Below, in pieces: positions 60,661 through 64,000 of a stretch of DNA of 64,000 nt. Position numbers and translations under genes: made by a program. The notes under the pieces were generated by a model, which did not search any database, was not told the DNA's origin, and was given only the letters and a program-made list of their open reading frames with translations. Origin of the DNA: Candidatus Limnocylindria bacterium (GTDB lineage Bacteria; Chloroflexota; Limnocylindria; QHBO01); NCBI GenBank assembly GCA_038209995.1, contig JBBQXD010000010.1, positions 10,245-74,244 of the forward strand, written 5' to 3'. How positions within the stretch are numbered: position 1 is the first letter of the stretch; each line of letters begins with the position of its first letter.

Positions 60661-60738
60661 TGTGGACGCAATCCCCCTTATCCCCGACTTTCGATGGCCG
60701 ATCGCTGGTTATCCACAGTTCGTCCCCAATGTGGACAG
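60661..60738. promoter_or_regulatory. Cluster of DnaA-box-like 9-mers
   Basis: Perfect TTATCCACA at 60709-60717; near matches at 60661, 60678 and 60730. Confidence 0.45.
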
Positions 60739-60793
60739 TTGCGTCACCGTACGGCAGGCTTGGACGGTGCCTCCCAGCCTCACTTCGAGACCC

Positions 60794-61225
60794 ATGACCG
60801 AACGACCGACCGTTCTCTTCCTCTGCACCCATAACAGCGCTCGCTCCCAGATGGCGGAGGGCCTGCTGCGCGCGATGGCGGGCGATCGCTTCGAGGTCCA
60901 CAGCGCGGGCACCGAGGCGACGCTCGTGCGGCCCGAGGCCATCGCGGCGATGGCCGAGATCGGGATCGACATCAGCGGCCAGGCGAGCAAGACGCTCACG
61001 CGCTACCTGCACGCCGACCTGGGCTGGCTCATCACCGTCTGCGACCAGGCCCGCGAGGCGTGCCCGGTCCTGCCGGCCGTCCGCAACCAGCGTCACTGGA
61101 GCATCGAGGATCCCGCGGACGTCGAGGGCGAAGGTCGCATGGCCGCCTTCCGTGCCGCGCGGGACGAGCTGCGCGAGCGCGTCGCTCGGTTCATCGATGA
61201 TGCGGGGCGGCCGCCGGCTGGCTGA
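60794..61225 (+). CDS. arsC: Arsenate reductase, thioredoxin-coupled (LMW-PTP fold)
   Basis: LFLCTHNSARSQMAE P-loop, ITVCDQAREACP and HWSIEDP. Confidence 0.88.
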   Translation: MTERPTVLFLCTHNSARSQMAEGLLRAMAGDRFEVHSAGTEATLVRPEAIAAMAEIGIDISGQASKTLTRYLHADLGWLITVCDQAREACPVLPAVRNQRHWSIEDPADVEGEGRMAAFRAARDELRERVARFIDDAGRPPAG

Positions 61226-61241
61226 CCGTCCCGCATCGGTC

Positions 61242-61280
61242 TCAGCAGCAGTCCTGGCAGCAATCAGGGTCGCAGCACAT
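61242..61280 (-). CDS. 12-aa Cys-rich micropeptide MCCDPDCCQDCC (putative metal/metalloid chelator)
   Basis: ATG TGC TGC GAC CCT GAT TGC TGC CAG GAC TGC TGC TGA, with AAGGAGGTGA SD 6 nt upstream. Confidence 0.75.
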   Translation of the reverse strand: MCCDPDCCQDCC

Positions 61281-61305
61281 GACGGATCACCTCCTTCCAT
61301 CGCCG

Positions 61306-61356
61306 ACCGTACCCTTGATATTGATCGTGGTCAATATTGACGTGAACCGATATGCT
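61306..61356. promoter_or_regulatory. Divergent promoters with ArsR-type operator palindromes
   Basis: ATATTGA-N6-TCAATAT (61318-61337) and ATATTGA-N6-CCGATAT (61334-61353); minus strand TTGACC-17-TACGGT; plus strand TATGCT. Confidence 0.75.
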
Positions 61357-61366
61357 TCGCCGCGCA

Positions 61367-61684
61367 ATGAAGTCCTCCGACCCTGACGTCCGTCTGCTGG
61401 GTGCCCTGGCCGATCCGACGCGGCTCTCGATCGTGCGCCAGCTCGGCGCGGTCGGCCGCTCCGGCATGATCTGCGCCTGCGACTTCGTCGAGTGCTGCGA
61501 CGTCAGCCAGCCGACGATCAGCCACCACCTCAAGGTGCTGCGCAGCGCCGGGGTGGTGACGAGCGAGCGCCAGGGCACCAACATCTACTACGCGCTGGCG
61601 CCCGGGGTCGCGGAGCGCTACGCGGCCATCGGCGCCTCGCTCGCCGGTCTCGTGCCGCTGGCGGCGCTACCCTCGCCGACGTGA
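61367..61684 (+). CDS. arsR: ArsR/SmtB family metalloregulator
   Basis: ALADPTRLSIV, ICACDFVECC, SQPTISHHLKVLR and ERQGTNIYY. Confidence 0.9.
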   Translation: MKSSDPDVRLLGALADPTRLSIVRQLGAVGRSGMICACDFVECCDVSQPTISHHLKVLRSAGVVTSERQGTNIYYALAPGVAERYAAIGASLAGLVPLAALPSPT

Positions 61685-62202
61685 GCCGGACCGTCCCCGT
61701 CTGCCCGCATTGCGCGACCCGGGTCGAGCGGCCGCTCGGCTGCGAACGCTGCGGCTGGCGCTGGTACGCGAACCCGATGCCCGCCGCCGGCACCCTCGTC
61801 GAGCGGGTGAACACGGCCGGCGAGCCCGAGGTGCTCCTCCTGCGGCGTGCGGTGGAGCCGGGGCTCGGGGGGTGGGATCTTCCCGCCGGGTATCTCGAGA
61901 CCGGCGAGTCGGTCGAGGAGGCTGCCTGCCGCGAGACCGCCGAGGAGGCGGGCTTCGACGTTGAGCTGGTCGAGCTCATCGGCGTCTACACGTCGCGGCC
62001 GGGCAACGCGGTGAGCACGATCTACCTCGCCCGACCGGTGCAGCCGGGCGTATCGGTCCATACCGATGCCGAGTCGTCCGACCACGCCTGGGTGACGCGC
62101 GCGGATACTGCCGCATGGCTGCCGCGCATGGCGTTCCGATCGATGGCCACCGCCCTCGCCGACTGGGCCGAGGGTCGCCGCGGCGTGCCGCGCGACTGGT
62201 AG
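61681..62202 (+). CDS. NUDIX hydrolase with N-terminal zinc ribbon
   Basis: CPHC...CERC; Nudix box [22 protein letters not shown]; GTGA overlap with arsR. Confidence 0.9.
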   Translation: MSRTVPVCPHCATRVERPLGCERCGWRWYANPMPAAGTLVERVNTAGEPEVLLLRRAVEPGLGGWDLPAGYLETGESVEEAACRETAEEAGFDVELVELIGVYTSRPGNAVSTIYLARPVQPGVSVHTDAESSDHAWVTRADTAAWLPRMAFRSMATALADWAEGRRGVPRDW

Positions 62203-62273
62203 GCGGCGAGCTCGCGCCGAGCGCGCTACGGTACACTCGAACGACTGCACCCTTGCATCCGCTCGGAGACCCG

Positions 62274-63275
62274 ATGCCCGATTCCCGCGACCGCGTCAGT
62301 GTCGCCATCACCGGCGCCGCCGGGCAGATCGGCTACGCGCTCCTCTTCCGCATCGCCTCCGGCCAGATGTTCGGCGCCGGCACGCGGGTCGAGCTGCGCC
62401 TCCTCGAGCTCGAAGCCGCATTGCCGGCGCTGGCGGGCGTCGTGATGGAGCTCGAGGACTGCGCGTTCCCGCTCCTCGATCGGGTCGTGACCACGTCGAG
62501 CGCCGACGAGGCGTTCCGCGGCGCGAACTGGTCGCTCCTCGTCGGCGCGGTGCCGCGGAGGCAGGGCATGGAGCGCAAGGACCTGCTGACGATCAACGGC
62601 GGCATCTTCACCGGCCAGGGCGAGGCGATCGGCCGCCACGCCGCCGGGGACGCGCGGGTCCTCGTGGTCGGCAACCCGTGCAACACGAACGCGCTCATCG
62701 GCTCGAGCGCGGCCGCGCGCCAAGGCATGCGGCGTGACCGATGGTTCGCGATGACGATGCTCGACGAGAACCGCGGTCGCACGCAGCTGGCGGCGAAGGT
62801 CGGCATGCCGGTCAGCCAGGTGCGGGGCCTCGCCATCTGGGGTAACCACAGCTCGACCCAGTTCCCCGACTTCTACCACGCCACGGTCGGCGGGCGGCCG
62901 GCACCGGACGTCATCGAGGAGGCCTGGCTGCAGGGCGAGTTCATGACCTCCGTCCAGCAGCGGGGCGCGGCAATCATCGCCGCGCGCGGCCAGTCGAGCG
63001 CCGCCAGCGCCGCGAACGCGGTGATCGACACGGTGCGCAACATCGCCCAGCCGAGCGGTGAGGTCTTCAGCGCCGCGATCCCGGCGCCGGCGAGCGGCGG
63101 TTATGACGTGCCGGAGGGGCTCGTCTTCGGCTATCCGCTCCGTGCCAGCAGATCCGGCGAGGTCGAGATCGTCCAGGGCATCTCCCATGGCGCCTGGGCC
63201 GCGGCGAAGGTGCAGGCGACGACCGACGAGCTGCTCGAGGAGCGGGCGGCGGTGACGGAGCTGATCGGCGCATGA
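62274..63275 (+). CDS. mdh: Malate dehydrogenase
   Basis: [32 protein letters not shown] and SSAASAA. Confidence 0.97.
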   Translation: MPDSRDRVSVAITGAAGQIGYALLFRIASGQMFGAGTRVELRLLELEAALPALAGVVMELEDCAFPLLDRVVTTSSADEAFRGANWSLLVGAVPRRQGMERKDLLTINGGIFTGQGEAIGRHAAGDARVLVVGNPCNTNALIGSSAAARQGMRRDRWFAMTMLDENRGRTQLAAKVGMPVSQVRGLAIWGNHSSTQFPDFYHATVGGRPAPDVIEEAWLQGEFMTSVQQRGAAIIAARGQSSAASAANAVIDTVRNIAQPSGEVFSAAIPAPASGGYDVPEGLVFGYPLRASRSGEVEIVQGISHGAWAAAKVQATTDELLEERAAVTELIGA

Positions 63276-64000
63276 GCGAGGCCGACACCGCCATCCAAAG
63301 CGCATCCCTGCGCTGGGGCGACCGCGAGGTCGCGCTGCCGGCGATCGCCGGCACGGACGGCGACACCGGCCTCGACATCGCGAGGCTGCGCTCCGACACC
63401 GGCCTCATCACCTACGACCCCGGCTACGGAAACACCGGCGCCTGCCAGAGTGCGATCACCTTCCTCGACGGTGAGCAGGGGATCCTGCGCTACCGCGGCT
63501 ACCCGATCGAGCAGCTCGCTGAGCATTCGACCTTCCTCGAGGTCGCCTACCTGCTCATCTGGGGCGAGCTCCCATCCCAGGAGCAGCTCGATCGGTTCGT
63601 CGCCGAGGTGACGCACCACACCCTCATCCGCGAGGAGATGCGCCACTTCTTCGACTCCTTTCCCACCGATGCCCACCCGATGGCGGTCCTCGCCTCGGGG
63701 ACGGTCGGCATGAGCACTTTCTACCCCGACTCGCAGAACATCTTCGACCCGGCCGCGGTGGAGATCACGATCAACCGCCTGATCGCCAAGCTCCCAACCC
63801 TCGCCGCGTGGTCGTTTAAGAAGGCGATCGGCCAGCCCTACGTCTACCCGCGCAACGACCTCGGCTACGCCGCGAACCTGCTCCACATGATGTTCGCGGT
63901 GCCCTCCGAGTCGTACGAGGTGGATCCGAAGGTCGCCGAGGCGCTCGACCTCCTGCTCATCCTGCATGCCGACCACGAGCAGAACTGCTCGACCTCCACG
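63272..64000 (+). CDS. gltA: Citrate synthase (3'-truncated by window edge)
   Basis: [29 protein letters not shown] and [12 protein letters not shown]. Confidence 0.96.
   Translation, partial: MSEADTAIQSASLRWGDREVALPAIAGTDGDTGLDIARLRSDTGLITYDPGYGNTGACQSAITFLDGEQGILRYRGYPIEQLAEHSTFLEVAYLLIWGELPSQEQLDRFVAEVTHHTLIREEMRHFFDSFPTDAHPMAVLASGTVGMSTFYPDSQNIFDPAAVEITINRLIAKLPTLAAWSFKKAIGQPYVYPRNDLGYAANLLHMMFAVPSESYEVDPKVAEALDLLLILHADHEQNCSTST

Noticed and set aside
60661-60738. Chromosomal origin oriC
   Set aside because: Only one perfect DnaA box, no AT-rich unwinding element, no dnaA/dnaN/parAB nearby
946-63976. Numerous long Arg/Ala/Pro-rich overlapping ORFs (e.g. 26717-29017, 21149-23101, 42368-44356)
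   Set aside because: Alternate-frame or antisense shadows expected at this GC content; no family motifs

Overview
High-GC bacterial chromosomal window; the gene repertoire (kgd-type E2-E1 fusion, MenA-like prenyltransferase, F420-dependent LLM enzyme, bactofilin) suggests a Chloroflexota- or Actinomycetota-like organism, which is inference only. Most of it is housekeeping or metabolic: moaA/xdhC, kgd, thrC/thrB/aspartate kinase, mutY, gltX, upp, mdh, gltA, plus transporters and oxidoreductases. An accessory block at about 18.1-26.1 kb surrounds a tRNA-Gln(CTG). It holds a two-component system, a stand-alone cytochrome b, a cupredoxin, Met/His-rich small proteins and a 1.25-kb islet closed by a duplicated tRNA 3' end. 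Several genes are eroded or frameshifted. The most notable signals are: (1) an unannotated 12-aa peptide MCCDPDCCQDCC with a perfect Shine-Dalgarno, its own promoter and an ArsR-type operator, lying between arsC and arsR; (2) a repeat family with a 50-bp period and an inverted copy, found at the 3' end of an HTH-XRE/PD-(D/E)XK nuclease gene and again, without a gene, 35 kb away; (3) a probable copper-responsive operon built around a Rieske-less cytochrome b; (4) widespread leaderless-type promoters. No CRISPR array, rRNA or integrase/transposase was seen. All family calls come from motif recognition by eye, not from database searches.
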